Virus record (IMG/VR): IMGVR_UViG_3300025789_000024
Span: 32,001 to 96,000 of that record
Origin: a virus
DNA: 64,000 nucleotides
Reading direction: 5' to 3' (one strand)
Positions 39,314 through 48,866 of the stretch are shown in pieces (positions within the stretch are counted from its first letter, which is position 1; each line of letters begins with the position of its first letter). Under the pieces are notes generated by a model. That model did no database searches. It had not been told where the DNA came from and saw nothing but the letters and a program-made list of their open reading frames with translations. The position numbers and the translations under genes were made by a program.

Positions 39314-40543
39314 ATGGCATATACAATTGTTAAAAGCAATGGGACAGTACTTACAACCATTGCCGACGGTACTATCAATACGACTAGTACCTCTCTTGGT
39401 TTACCGGGTAGAAATTATCCCGGATACGGTCAACCTGTAGATGAAAACTTTGTATGGTTAACTGAAAATTTTGCCAGTGCTACTCCCCCTCAAAACCCAT
39501 TGACTGGACAGCTTTGGTATAACACAAATAATCAGACAATGTATATTTGTCCATCAGATGGGCAATCAAATGCAAATGCTTGGTTATCATTGTCAGCTAC
39601 ACAATCAGGTGGTACTACAACATTTGGTGCTGTTAGCGTAACAGGTAATGTGTCTGCCGGCAATTTATCGGCAGTTGGTAATCTATCAGCAAACTCTACA
39701 ACAACCGCATTTTTAACTGTATCAGCAAATGCTACGATTGCTAATGCTAACATCACAACTGCTAATATTGGTACATTGTATACTACAAATATTAGCACAG
39801 GTTCTGCAACAACAGGTGGTAATTTAACTGGTGTATGGAGCGTAACTGGCAGTGCTGGTGGTAATAATGCTGTGGCATTTAACTTCTTGCAAGGTGGTAT
39901 TGCTATTAGCAATTCAGCAGGCGCAAATCTATATGGTATTGCTACTGACAAGTATATGTATGCTAATGGTACTCCTGTAAGTTTTGCTGGTACTTATAGC
40001 AACAGTAACGTTGCAGCTTATTTGCCAACATATAACGGTAATATCTTAGCAAGTAATGTACAGATGACTACATTAACAACAGGTGCAAATACAACAGCAG
40101 GAACTATTACAGGTAATTGGACATTAACTACCGGTTCAAGACTACAAGCAACATACGCTGACTTGGCAGAACGTTTTGAAGCAGACGATATCTATGATCC
40201 AGGTACAGTTGTTGAATTGGGCGGCGCCGCAGAAATCACAGCAGTACAATATGATTTAAGTGAAGATGTATTTGGTGTTATTAGTGACACAGCGGCTTAT
40301 CTAATGAATGCAGGTGCAGGTAGTGATAATACTCACCCTCCAGTAGCAGTTTCAGGTCGTGTGAAGGTTAAAGTAACAGGACAAGTTAAAAAAGGTCAAC
40401 GTTTAGTAAGTGCTGGTAACGGTATAGCACGTGCGGCTCAACCTACTGAAGCTACAGCATTTAACGTAATTGGCCGTGCATTAGAAAACAAAACAGACAA
40501 TGGATTAGGCACAGTTGAAGCTATCGTGTCTATTACAAAATAA
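39314..40543 (+). CDS. Tail fibre/spike protein with a C-terminal intramolecular-chaperone (peptidase G2/S74-like) domain
   Basis: N-terminal MAYTI...GRNYPGYGQ...ENFVWLTENFA...GQLWYN, beta-rich stalk, C-terminal ATYADLAERFEAD..Y.PGTVV...VAVSGRVKVKV.G...GQRLVS. Confidence 0.7.
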   Translation: MAYTIVKSNGTVLTTIADGTINTTSTSLGLPGRNYPGYGQPVDENFVWLTENFASATPPQNPLTGQLWYNTNNQTMYICPSDGQSNANAWLSLSATQSGGTTTFGAVSVTGNVSAGNLSAVGNLSANSTTTAFLTVSANATIANANITTANIGTLYTTNISTGSATTGGNLTGVWSVTGSAGGNNAVAFNFLQGGIAISNSAGANLYGIATDKYMYANGTPVSFAGTYSNSNVAAYLPTYNGNILASNVQMTTLTTGANTTAGTITGNWTLTTGSRLQATYADLAERFEADDIYDPGTVVELGGAAEITAVQYDLSEDVFGVISDTAAYLMNAGAGSDNTHPPVAVSGRVKVKVTGQVKKGQRLVSAGNGIARAAQPTEATAFNVIGRALENKTDNGLGTVEAIVSITK

Positions 40544-40552
40544 GGATAAGAA

Positions 40553-41506
40553 ATGAGTTACGCACAATTTGGATTAATACAAGCAACTGACTTTAACACG
40601 TTCGTAGGTGGTAATCCAACTACGACTTCTAACACATTAAATGCTGTTTGGGCAACAGGTGGTAGTAGTGCAGGTTACGGACAAACAGCCGTAGCAAACG
40701 TTGCAGTAGGTAACACAGTTGTTGCAACTGGTCAATGGAATGCATTGGTATCAAATACTGCTAATGCGGCTTCACATCAAGGTTCATCAATTACTGCTGT
40801 TACAGCACCTACATCAGGTACTACAATTACATATGTTTCAGCTATTCCAACTAACTTAGCAACTATCTATACTAACAAGTTAAATGCCGCAAGTCAGGGT
40901 TCAACATCTACAAACACAGCAACATATGGTAGCACTTGGTCAAGTGGTTTAACATTTACGTTTACTGCTACATTCTCAAGTGGTGATGCCGCACGTTATT
41001 TCTTTAACGCAGGTGGTCAATTAAAATTAACTTGCTCACATCCAAGTGGCACAGGTATCAATTTATTGTTAAACAACTTAGCAAGTAACGTTGGTACAAT
41101 CGTTATGAGTGCACCAAGCTCAGGTTCTGTGACTATTGCAAGTACATCATACAATGGTATCACTAAAGTAGGTGGCGGTGGTAACACTCCTACTATCGTA
41201 GCAACTAACGGATACTATGCATTGACTACATCAAATGCAACAGTATTCACACAAACTGCTAGTACAGGCCCTTCAGGTTACTTAGCAACAAACATCAAAG
41301 CAATTGTTAAATCAAATGGTACGCAAGGTACTAACGGTGATGCTGGATCAGTAGTTACAATTTATTGTACTTGGACAGAAATTCCAACTGGTTTAGTAGC
41401 AAGTTCTGGATCATCATGTACAATTACTGCTGTACCTCCAGAAACAACATATCTTCCAACAGCAATCTCAGCACCCACACTAGCTGGTTCAGTAACGGGC
41501 GCATAA
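40553..41506 (+). CDS. Virion structural/fibre-associated protein
   Basis: Thr/Ser/Gly-rich, FSSGDAARYFFNAGG motif, last gene of the tail block. Confidence 0.55.
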   Translation: MSYAQFGLIQATDFNTFVGGNPTTTSNTLNAVWATGGSSAGYGQTAVANVAVGNTVVATGQWNALVSNTANAASHQGSSITAVTAPTSGTTITYVSAIPTNLATIYTNKLNAASQGSTSTNTATYGSTWSSGLTFTFTATFSSGDAARYFFNAGGQLKLTCSHPSGTGINLLLNNLASNVGTIVMSAPSSGSVTIASTSYNGITKVGGGGNTPTIVATNGYYALTTSNATVFTQTASTGPSGYLATNIKAIVKSNGTQGTNGDAGSVVTIYCTWTEIPTGLVASSGSSCTITAVPPETTYLPTAISAPTLAGSVTGA

Positions 41507-41532
41507 CATTTTTAGGCAACACCCTGTATCCA

Positions 41533-41540
41533 TCTAAATA
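41533..41540 (+). promoter_or_regulatory. Late promoter box TCTAAATA heading the glycosyltransferase block
   Basis: Intergenic, followed by an AGGAG RBS. Confidence 0.55.
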
Positions 41541-41556
41541 CTCATAGGAGTGTACG

Positions 41557-41862
41557 ATGGATACAAAACAATTAATTGCCGACGCCAAAGCCCGTTTTAG
41601 TCATAATTCTGCTAAAGCATATCTTGCAGAAAAATACAATAACAAACTACTTGTCGCAGAACAGGGCGGCTTGTGGAAAGCCGATGGTCAAACAATCACC
41701 TTACTAACTTCAATCACATCCAAACGAGCAGTATTAGTAGATACTTTTGATAATCCGGTTGAAGTAGATCGTAACGCATTATTAACTAAGTTGAAAGAAG
41801 TCTATAATGAAGTTATGGATCAATGGTTACGTGAATGGAAAGAACTAGAGGCTAAACGATGA
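41557..41862 (+). CDS. Hypothetical protein
   Basis: Good RBS; ATGA-coupled to the next gene. Confidence 0.7.
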   Translation: MDTKQLIADAKARFSHNSAKAYLAEKYNNKLLVAEQGGLWKADGQTITLLTSITSKRAVLVDTFDNPVEVDRNALLTKLKEVYNEVMDQWLREWKELEAKR

Positions 41863-42665
41863 GTAGAGGGGCAATACTATTTGCTTTCAACTCACCTAAA
41901 TATGATTACTATGCAATGGCTAAATACACAGCCAAACGCATCAATCATTTTTTAGACTTGCCGGTTACAATTGTAACTGACGAACAGTCATTGCCCGAAA
42001 CGGAAGACTATGTTTGGGACAATGTTGTTACTACGATTCCTGACAAAAACAATATCAGAGACTATGGTGTTTGGATTAATAAAGGCAGATTTCAAGCATA
42101 TGAATTTAGTCCCTATGATGAAACACTATTATTAGATGCCGACTATGTTGTTAATTCTGACAAATTGTTAAAGACTTTTGATTTTTATGAGGACTTTAGT
42201 TGCCATAATAAAACTAGTTTTTTGATGCATCCGGGCGTACCACAAGAAGTGTTAAGCGTGTACAGTTATGAAACTCTTTGGGCAACTGCTGTTGCTTTTA
42301 AGAAAAGTAAACGCACTGAGCAAATCTTTAACTGTTTAGAAATGGTTCAAAATAACTATGATCACTATGCCAACATTCATAATTTTATTGCTGGGGTTTA
42401 TCGTAATGATTACGCACTTACTTTGGCTTTGCGCATTGTTAATGGGCATAGTGTTAATCCTACAGACTATATACCTTGGGATTTGTTGCACGTGGGTAAG
42501 AATACCTCTGTTTACGCTAATACTAGTGATGAGTACAATACAGAATACACAGTGATGTTTGATAATTGGCAACGTGGTAAGATTCGTAAAGAATATATTA
42601 CAATTAAAGACATGGACTTTCATGTGATGAATAAAGATAACTTTGTGGAGTTGATTAATGAATAA
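41859..42665 (+). CDS. GT-A fold glycosyltransferase (GT8-like)
   Basis: SPYDETLLLDADY (DxD), YRND and C-terminal HVMNK. Confidence 0.7.
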   Translation: MSRGAILFAFNSPKYDYYAMAKYTAKRINHFLDLPVTIVTDEQSLPETEDYVWDNVVTTIPDKNNIRDYGVWINKGRFQAYEFSPYDETLLLDADYVVNSDKLLKTFDFYEDFSCHNKTSFLMHPGVPQEVLSVYSYETLWATAVAFKKSKRTEQIFNCLEMVQNNYDHYANIHNFIAGVYRNDYALTLALRIVNGHSVNPTDYIPWDLLHVGKNTSVYANTSDEYNTEYTVMFDNWQRGKIRKEYITIKDMDFHVMNKDNFVELINE

Positions 42666-43404
42666 AGGTTTCGTAATCATGGCACAAGGTGACGATTATG
42701 TTAAATGTGCTGAAGTATTAAAGAAAAGCATTAAGCGTACTATGCCTAAAGCCAAAGTAACTATCATTACAACTGATATGTTACCATATGGTGATCAAGC
42801 ACCTGATACTAATTGGAAATTACAAAACGATTGGCAAGTATATGAAGCCAGCCCATATGAATATACAATCAAACTAGAAGCAGATATGTATTTGCCAAAG
42901 TCAATAGATTATTGGTGGGATGTTTTAGAGCATAGAGATATTGTTGTAAGCACTACAATTAGAAACTTCAAACAAGAAATTAGTGATATCAAAGCATATC
43001 GCAGATTTATTTACGATAACAAATTACCTGATACCTATAACAGTATTACTTACTTTAAGAAATCAGATACAGCACAGAAATTTTTTGAAATTGTTCGTGA
43101 TGTTTTTGAAAATTGGTCTTTCTATCGTAACTCACTACAATGTAACAAAGACGAACTTGCCACAACAGATTGGGCATATGCAATTGCCAGTCATATTATT
43201 GGCATAGAAAAAACCACAATGCCACAGTTCAAAGACATGAGTATGATTCACATGAAACAATTTGTTAATGGAACTCCTACGCAAAATTGGACTGATGTAT
43301 TGATTCATGAGGTGTCCAAAGATTATTTAAGGGTAAATACTATTCCCCAAATGTATCCTTTCCACTATCATATCAAAGACTTCTGTGATAAACTCAAGGT
43401 GTAA
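42658..43404 (+). CDS. GT-A fold glycosyltransferase paralogue (GT8-like)
   Basis: SPYEYTIKLEADM (ExD variant), clearly paralogous to the previous gene. Confidence 0.65.
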   Translation: MNKGFVIMAQGDDYVKCAEVLKKSIKRTMPKAKVTIITTDMLPYGDQAPDTNWKLQNDWQVYEASPYEYTIKLEADMYLPKSIDYWWDVLEHRDIVVSTTIRNFKQEISDIKAYRRFIYDNKLPDTYNSITYFKKSDTAQKFFEIVRDVFENWSFYRNSLQCNKDELATTDWAYAIASHIIGIEKTTMPQFKDMSMIHMKQFVNGTPTQNWTDVLIHEVSKDYLRVNTIPQMYPFHYHIKDFCDKLKV

Positions 43405-43406
43405 TA

Positions 43407-43760
43407 ATGACAGAACCAACACAAGAAGATTATATTTTATTTTGGGAAGCCCCCAAGATTGAAAAGCCTGAATTCAGACTCTACTATGATGCAAAGGGCA
43501 ATGTCATTTGCTATACTTGCGAAAAGTTAGAAGGTGATTACATTATAATTGATGCAATGACATTTGCAGAAGGTAGACCTGATGTTCGTGTGGCCAATGG
43601 TAAACTTGTAAAAGTCAATACAAATGCGGTTGTTTCTAAATTAGTACAGCATGATAGTGAAGGTCAACTTTGTCATAAAGATGATGTTAGTGTTGTGTTA
43701 ACAAAAAAAGACAATGTAAAAAAACAATTATGGAAATTAACAACATATGAGCTTGGATAA
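43407..43760 (+). CDS. Hypothetical protein
   Basis: In-operon ORF overlapping the next gene. Confidence 0.65.
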   Translation: MTEPTQEDYILFWEAPKIEKPEFRLYYDAKGNVICYTCEKLEGDYIIIDAMTFAEGRPDVRVANGKLVKVNTNAVVSKLVQHDSEGQLCHKDDVSVVLTKKDNVKKQLWKLTTYELG

Positions 43761-44703
43761 TATCATTGATGTAGCAGACTTAGATTGCATTTATCTAAGT
43801 TATGATGAGCCTCAAAAAGAAGAATTTTGGTTAAAGATTAAGAACATGGTGCCTTGGGCAAAACGTGTTGATGGTGTCAAGGGTAGTGATGCCGCACACA
43901 AAGCCGCAGGTGAAGCAAGTGATACAGAACGTTTTATTCTTATTGATGGCGATAACATGCCTGATGAAGAATTCTTTAACATTCAGTTAGACTTTACCGA
44001 CAAAGACCCGTCATTCAAGAAAGCACAGTTTCGCTGGAAAGCAGTTAATAGTATCAATGGGCTACGTTATGGTAATGGTGGCATGAGTAGTTGGACAAAA
44101 ACTTATGTGCGTGAAATGAAAACACATGAGCATCAAACTGAAGGTGATGTGTCACGTATTGCTGACTTTTGTTTAGACAGCAAAGACAACTTATACTGGG
44201 CAATGTATGATTGCTACTCAACTACATATCCTAACTATACACCATTTCAAGCATGGCGTGCTGGATTTCGTGAAGGTGTTAAAATGTGTTTGAATCGCGG
44301 TGCTGTTCCTAGCATTGAAGAATTCAAAGAAACAGTTGCAAGTCGTAATCTAAATAACTTAACTATCTGGCATAATGTTGGTAGTGATGTTGAAAATGGC
44401 ATTTGGGCAATCTATGGTGCAAGACTTGGTACTTATAAAACATTGCTTACTGATTGGAATGCACAGAATGTTCAGTGGTTTGACAACTATGTTGATATGT
44501 GGGAATCAGAATACAAAGATAAAGATCCTTTAGTTGAGTCGGGAGAAATTGGTAAAGCACTTAGTAGTAAACTAGGTTTACCTATGTGTATGCTTAATGC
44601 AGAACAAAGTAAATTCTTCAAACGTCATTATTCTGCAAACTTTCATAACAAAGGTCCATTGATTACAGAAATGGAAGTAATTCGTCAGATCGAAGGCTGG
44701 TAA
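43747..44703 (+). CDS. GT-A fold glycosyltransferase-like protein
   Basis: IYLSYDEP...RVDGVKGSDAAHKAA...FILIDGDN (DxD), AWRAGFREGVK. Confidence 0.6.
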   Translation: MSLDNIIDVADLDCIYLSYDEPQKEEFWLKIKNMVPWAKRVDGVKGSDAAHKAAGEASDTERFILIDGDNMPDEEFFNIQLDFTDKDPSFKKAQFRWKAVNSINGLRYGNGGMSSWTKTYVREMKTHEHQTEGDVSRIADFCLDSKDNLYWAMYDCYSTTYPNYTPFQAWRAGFREGVKMCLNRGAVPSIEEFKETVASRNLNNLTIWHNVGSDVENGIWAIYGARLGTYKTLLTDWNAQNVQWFDNYVDMWESEYKDKDPLVESGEIGKALSSKLGLPMCMLNAEQSKFFKRHYSANFHNKGPLITEMEVIRQIEGW

Positions 44704-46106
44704 TGTCAAACGAAACAGATAGAATTAAAACAATCAAAATTCGAGTAGAGAACGAATCTACTCCTACATTCTGTTTGGCTAAGTGGCATCATGTTACTAT
44801 GTACTTACAAAGTGGTGAGACACATAGTTGTTATCACCCACAACCACATAAGATTCCTTTAGAAGAACTGCGTGATAATCCCAGCGCATTGCATAATACG
44901 CAAGAGAAAAAGATGGAACGCAAGTTGATGCTTGAAGGTGGTAAGCCTACAGGTTGTCAATATTGCTGGAACATTGAAGCAATGGGACCTGACTATATCA
45001 GCGACCGTCATATTCGCAACAGTAGTATCTTTACAGAAGAACGTTTTGAGCAAACAGCAAAAGGTCCTTGGGACCAAAACATCAATCCAGAATACTTAGA
45101 AATTAACTTTGGTAACGAATGTAATTTCAAGTGCGGTTACTGTCATCCAAAGTATAGCACAAGTTTTTATAAAGAGATTGAAAAGTTTGGTCCCGTTACT
45201 AATGTAAAGAATCATCGTTGCGACATTGACTGGATGAAACTATATCAACGTGAAGAAGAAAATCCCTACGTTGATGCGTTTTGGAAATGGTGGCCTGAAC
45301 TACGCAAGACATTAAACATCATGCGTGTAACAGGTGGCGAACCCACACTTCACAAATCTACATGGCAACTGTTAGATAAGATTGAAGAAGAACCCATGCC
45401 TTGGCTTGAACTAAACATTAACAGCAATCTTGGAACAAAGCCAGTTCTCATAGAACGTTTAGCAGACAAGGTCAAAAAGTTAGTAGACGAAAATAAAATT
45501 CAAAGTTTTAAATTGTTTACTAGCATGGATACATGGGGAGAACGTGCTGAGTATATTCGTACTGGGTTAGACTTAAAGTTGTGGGAACAAAACTTTCACA
45601 CTTATGTACAACGCAGTAACAGCCCAATTACATTCATGATTACATTCAATATCTTTAGTGTGACTTCATTTAAGTCATTGCTTGAGAAGTTTTTAGAATG
45701 GCGTGAACAATATGGTTGGTTTGAAGAAAAGTCACACGACAAACATAGAATTCGTTTTGATACTCCATACCTTCGTGACCCTATTCAATATGACATGAAC
45801 ATTCTTCCCAAAGAAGAGTTTATGCCCTATATGTATGAATCACTACAGTTTATGAAGGACAATGTAGACGATACTGCTAGTAACAAGTTTACAACAATAG
45901 AATATGAAAAGTTCAAACGTGTAGTTGACTACATGGCTGAAACTAATTATGAAGAAAAGAAGTTGATTGAAGGTCGTAGAGACTTTTACAACTGGTTCAA
46001 TGAGTTAGATGATCGCAGAGAAAATGACTTATTAACCGTGTACCCAGAAATGTTGGAGTTTTATAGATTATGCCAGGAAACCAGCCTAACGAATCCTCTT
46101 TCGTAA
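44703..46106 (+). CDS. Radical SAM protein with an N-terminal twitch (auxiliary Fe-S) domain
   Basis: FCLAKW...SCYH...GCQYCW at the N-terminus, CNFKCGYC (CX3CX2C), TGGEP. Confidence 0.9.
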   Translation: MSNETDRIKTIKIRVENESTPTFCLAKWHHVTMYLQSGETHSCYHPQPHKIPLEELRDNPSALHNTQEKKMERKLMLEGGKPTGCQYCWNIEAMGPDYISDRHIRNSSIFTEERFEQTAKGPWDQNINPEYLEINFGNECNFKCGYCHPKYSTSFYKEIEKFGPVTNVKNHRCDIDWMKLYQREEENPYVDAFWKWWPELRKTLNIMRVTGGEPTLHKSTWQLLDKIEEEPMPWLELNINSNLGTKPVLIERLADKVKKLVDENKIQSFKLFTSMDTWGERAEYIRTGLDLKLWEQNFHTYVQRSNSPITFMITFNIFSVTSFKSLLEKFLEWREQYGWFEEKSHDKHRIRFDTPYLRDPIQYDMNILPKEEFMPYMYESLQFMKDNVDDTASNKFTTIEYEKFKRVVDYMAETNYEEKKLIEGRRDFYNWFNELDDRRENDLLTVYPEMLEFYRLCQETSLTNPLS

Positions 46107-47371
46107 AAAAGTTATTGCTTGGTAAGAGCAAGACTTTTTGTATGATACCTTGGGTTCACCTACATACCACCCCTGAGGGAGTGGCAGCACCTTGTTGTAT
46201 TGCAGAATCTTGTGCAACAAAAGAAGGTGTGGGTGATTCTAAAACACAAGGACTAATGGAACTAGTCAACAGCGAAAAGATGAACCAACTACGACTAGAT
46301 ATGTTGACTGGTAAAGAAAACATTGAATGCAGCAAGTGTTATAACCATGATGCACAGGGTATTGATAGTTTTAGAACCACATCTAATAAACAATGGAAAA
46401 ATTCATTTGACGATGTATTAGAAAACACAAATCTTGAAGACGGATCATTAAAAGAATTCAAAATGCGATATTTTGATATTCGCTTTAGCAATATCTGTAA
46501 TTTCAAATGTCGCACATGCGGATCAGCGTTTAGTACTCAGTGGGAACAAGAAGATTTAAAGAACGGAGTATTCTATGCAAAGATTATTCCAAAAAATAAT
46601 AATAAAAAGTTTTTGCAAGACGTATTAGATCAAATTCCAAATATGGAAATTGCATACTTTGCAGGTGGCGAACCATTAATCACTGAAGAACATTATATCC
46701 TACTTGAAGAAATGATTCGTAGCAGTCACACAGATATCTTATTAAGATACAATACTAACCTAAGTAACTTAAAGTTTAAAGATAAAGATTTACTTGGTTT
46801 ATGGAAACACTTTAGTCAAAAAATTCAAGTATATGCAAGTATTGATCATTGCAAAGAACGTGCAGAATATATTAGACATGGAACTGATTGGGGACAAGTT
46901 GAAACAAACTTTATGCTTGCCAAACAAACTCCCTATGTTAACATTCAAATTAACACAGTACTAAGTGTGTTCAACTATTTGACTATTGATGAGTTTTACC
47001 AATATTTAATTGATAAGGGTATGTATACTAATAAGGATGCAGTGTTTACATTATATAACATGACGACCCCTGATCATTTGACATGTCATATTCTACCACC
47101 TGAGTACAAAGTAAAAGGTGAAGAAAGTATCAACAGAGCAATACAGTATATGAGAAACAATGATTTTCTTGATCTACATACACAACAACTTGAAGTTGCT
47201 CCGGGTTGGGTAAATCACAAAGATAATTGGGACGAACAAAAAGTTAAATTTAAAGAAGAAGTAAAACGTCTTGATGCTATAAGAGGAGAATCATTCATGG
47301 AAACATTCCCTGAAATTGCAAATCTTTATAAACCAGAGCAAAGAGTAAGAGCAAGAATGGCACCAGTATGA
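46070..47371 (+). CDS. Radical SAM protein with an N-terminal twitch domain
   Basis: FCMIPW...PCC...ECSKCY, CNFKCRTC, AGGEP. Confidence 0.9.
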   Translation: MPGNQPNESSFVKKLLLGKSKTFCMIPWVHLHTTPEGVAAPCCIAESCATKEGVGDSKTQGLMELVNSEKMNQLRLDMLTGKENIECSKCYNHDAQGIDSFRTTSNKQWKNSFDDVLENTNLEDGSLKEFKMRYFDIRFSNICNFKCRTCGSAFSTQWEQEDLKNGVFYAKIIPKNNNKKFLQDVLDQIPNMEIAYFAGGEPLITEEHYILLEEMIRSSHTDILLRYNTNLSNLKFKDKDLLGLWKHFSQKIQVYASIDHCKERAEYIRHGTDWGQVETNFMLAKQTPYVNIQINTVLSVFNYLTIDEFYQYLIDKGMYTNKDAVFTLYNMTTPDHLTCHILPPEYKVKGEESINRAIQYMRNNDFLDLHTQQLEVAPGWVNHKDNWDEQKVKFKEEVKRLDAIRGESFMETFPEIANLYKPEQRVRARMAPV

Positions 47372-47762
47372 ACATAGACAAAGAATTTTTATTAAACGAA
47401 AGCAAAACATTTTGCATGTTCCCTTGGGTCCATCTTAATGTAACACCCAAGGGTGATATCTATCCTTGCTGTAGTAACGACTACACTAAGCCCTATGGTA
47501 ACACTAAGAAGTCTTCACTTAAAGAAGCATTCAACAGTGAACCAATGAAAAAGTTGCGATTAGATATGCTAAATGAAAAACAGAACGAACTATGTACGTT
47601 TTGTTACAAGCATGAAGAAGCCGGTCCGCACAGTTTTAGAAACTACAGCAAAGAACAATTTGGTAAACGCTTTGACGAAATTGTTCCAACTACACAGGAA
47701 GATGGAACAGTAGAAGAATTCAAAATGCGATATTTTGATATTCGCTTTAGCAATATCTGTAA
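46452..47762 (+). repeat. 49-bp exact direct repeat shared by two radical SAM paralogues (46452-46500 and 47714-47762)
   Basis: AAGAATTCAAAATGCGATATTTTGATATTCGCTTTAGCAATATCTGTAA is identical in both genes. Confidence 0.9.
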
Positions 47763-48603
47763 CTTCAAGTGTAGAACTTGCGGTAGTGAATTCAGCAGCC
47801 AATGGGGTGCAGAAATGCAAAAGCACTTTGATGACAAACATCCAATTGTTATTCATGCTGACGATGGTAAGGGTAATGTGTTGGCAGAAGTACTTGAACA
47901 TATTGAACATATTGATTTGGCATACTTTGCAGGTGGTGAACCACTGATCACAGACGAGCATTATGTGATGTTGGAAGAAATGATTCGTTTGGGTAAAACT
48001 GATATCACATTACGATACAACACAAATGCAAGTAATATCAAGTATAAGAAACATGATATCCTAGACTTATGGAAACATTTTAAAAAGATTGAATTAAGTT
48101 GTAGCGTAGATCATTATGGTGAACGAGCAGAATGGTTACGCAAGGGAACTGATTGGGGCAAAGTTGAAACCAATCTATTAACATTCCGTGACTTAGATTA
48201 CATTAGTTTCCAAATGAACACTGTGTTTAGTATTTTTAACTATAGCACCATTGGTGAGTTCTATCAGTATTTAAAAGACAAAAACATTGTTAGACGAGAT
48301 GATTGGTATCATAGTTTATATTTGGCTGTGCATCCAGATTACTATTGTGCTAAGAGTTTACCCAAAGAATTAAAAGTTGATGCAGCTAGTAAAGCACTTG
48401 CATGGGCAGATGCTAATAAAGATGACAACACCTCATTATCAAGATTAGTTACAGACGCAGTTAATTTTGCTAGTGATAAAGATCAATGGAGCGAAGTTAA
48501 AGGTAAGTTTTTGCAACATACCCGAAGTATTGATAGAATCAGAGAAGAAAACTTCTGGGAAGTATTCCCCGAATTAAATAAATTACAGGACTTAGAGGAA
48601 TAA
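47368..48603 (+). CDS. Radical SAM protein with an N-terminal twitch domain
   Basis: FCMFPW...PCC...LCTFCY, CNFKCRTC, AGGEP. Confidence 0.9.
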   Translation: MNIDKEFLLNESKTFCMFPWVHLNVTPKGDIYPCCSNDYTKPYGNTKKSSLKEAFNSEPMKKLRLDMLNEKQNELCTFCYKHEEAGPHSFRNYSKEQFGKRFDEIVPTTQEDGTVEEFKMRYFDIRFSNICNFKCRTCGSEFSSQWGAEMQKHFDDKHPIVIHADDGKGNVLAEVLEHIEHIDLAYFAGGEPLITDEHYVMLEEMIRLGKTDITLRYNTNASNIKYKKHDILDLWKHFKKIELSCSVDHYGERAEWLRKGTDWGKVETNLLTFRDLDYISFQMNTVFSIFNYSTIGEFYQYLKDKNIVRRDDWYHSLYLAVHPDYYCAKSLPKELKVDAASKALAWADANKDDNTSLSRLVTDAVNFASDKDQWSEVKGKFLQHTRSIDRIREENFWEVFPELNKLQDLEE

Positions 48604-48605
48604 AC

Positions 48606-48866
48606 ATGGCAACATTTGAAGCTGGAAACCGAGACGTAAAACTTGAAGGTATGGTAAAAGACATTATGGCAAAGTATGTCGATAAGACACCTTTTACTGA
48701 AGAAATTTGTGATCAAATCATGACAGATGTACTAGAGACATTTGGTAAAGAAGCCGATGCAAAGGTTATGATTGACACAGATACCAATGAAATTGAAATC
48801 ACAGTTCGTGATTTGATTAAGCAACCAATGACATTCTCATCACTTAAATTATTCAAGGCAAAATAA
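48606..48866 (+). CDS. Small acidic hypothetical protein inside the radical SAM array
   Basis: GAGG RBS, TAATG coupling to the next gene. Confidence 0.7.
   Translation: MATFEAGNRDVKLEGMVKDIMAKYVDKTPFTEEICDQIMTDVLETFGKEADAKVMIDTDTNEIEITVRDLIKQPMTFSSLKLFKAK

Noticed and set aside
18745-41506. Diversity-generating retroelement or invertase-based tail-fibre switching
   Set aside because: No reverse transcriptase or recombinase, and no near-identical template/variable repeat pair differing at adenines; the repeats are diverged at DNA level.
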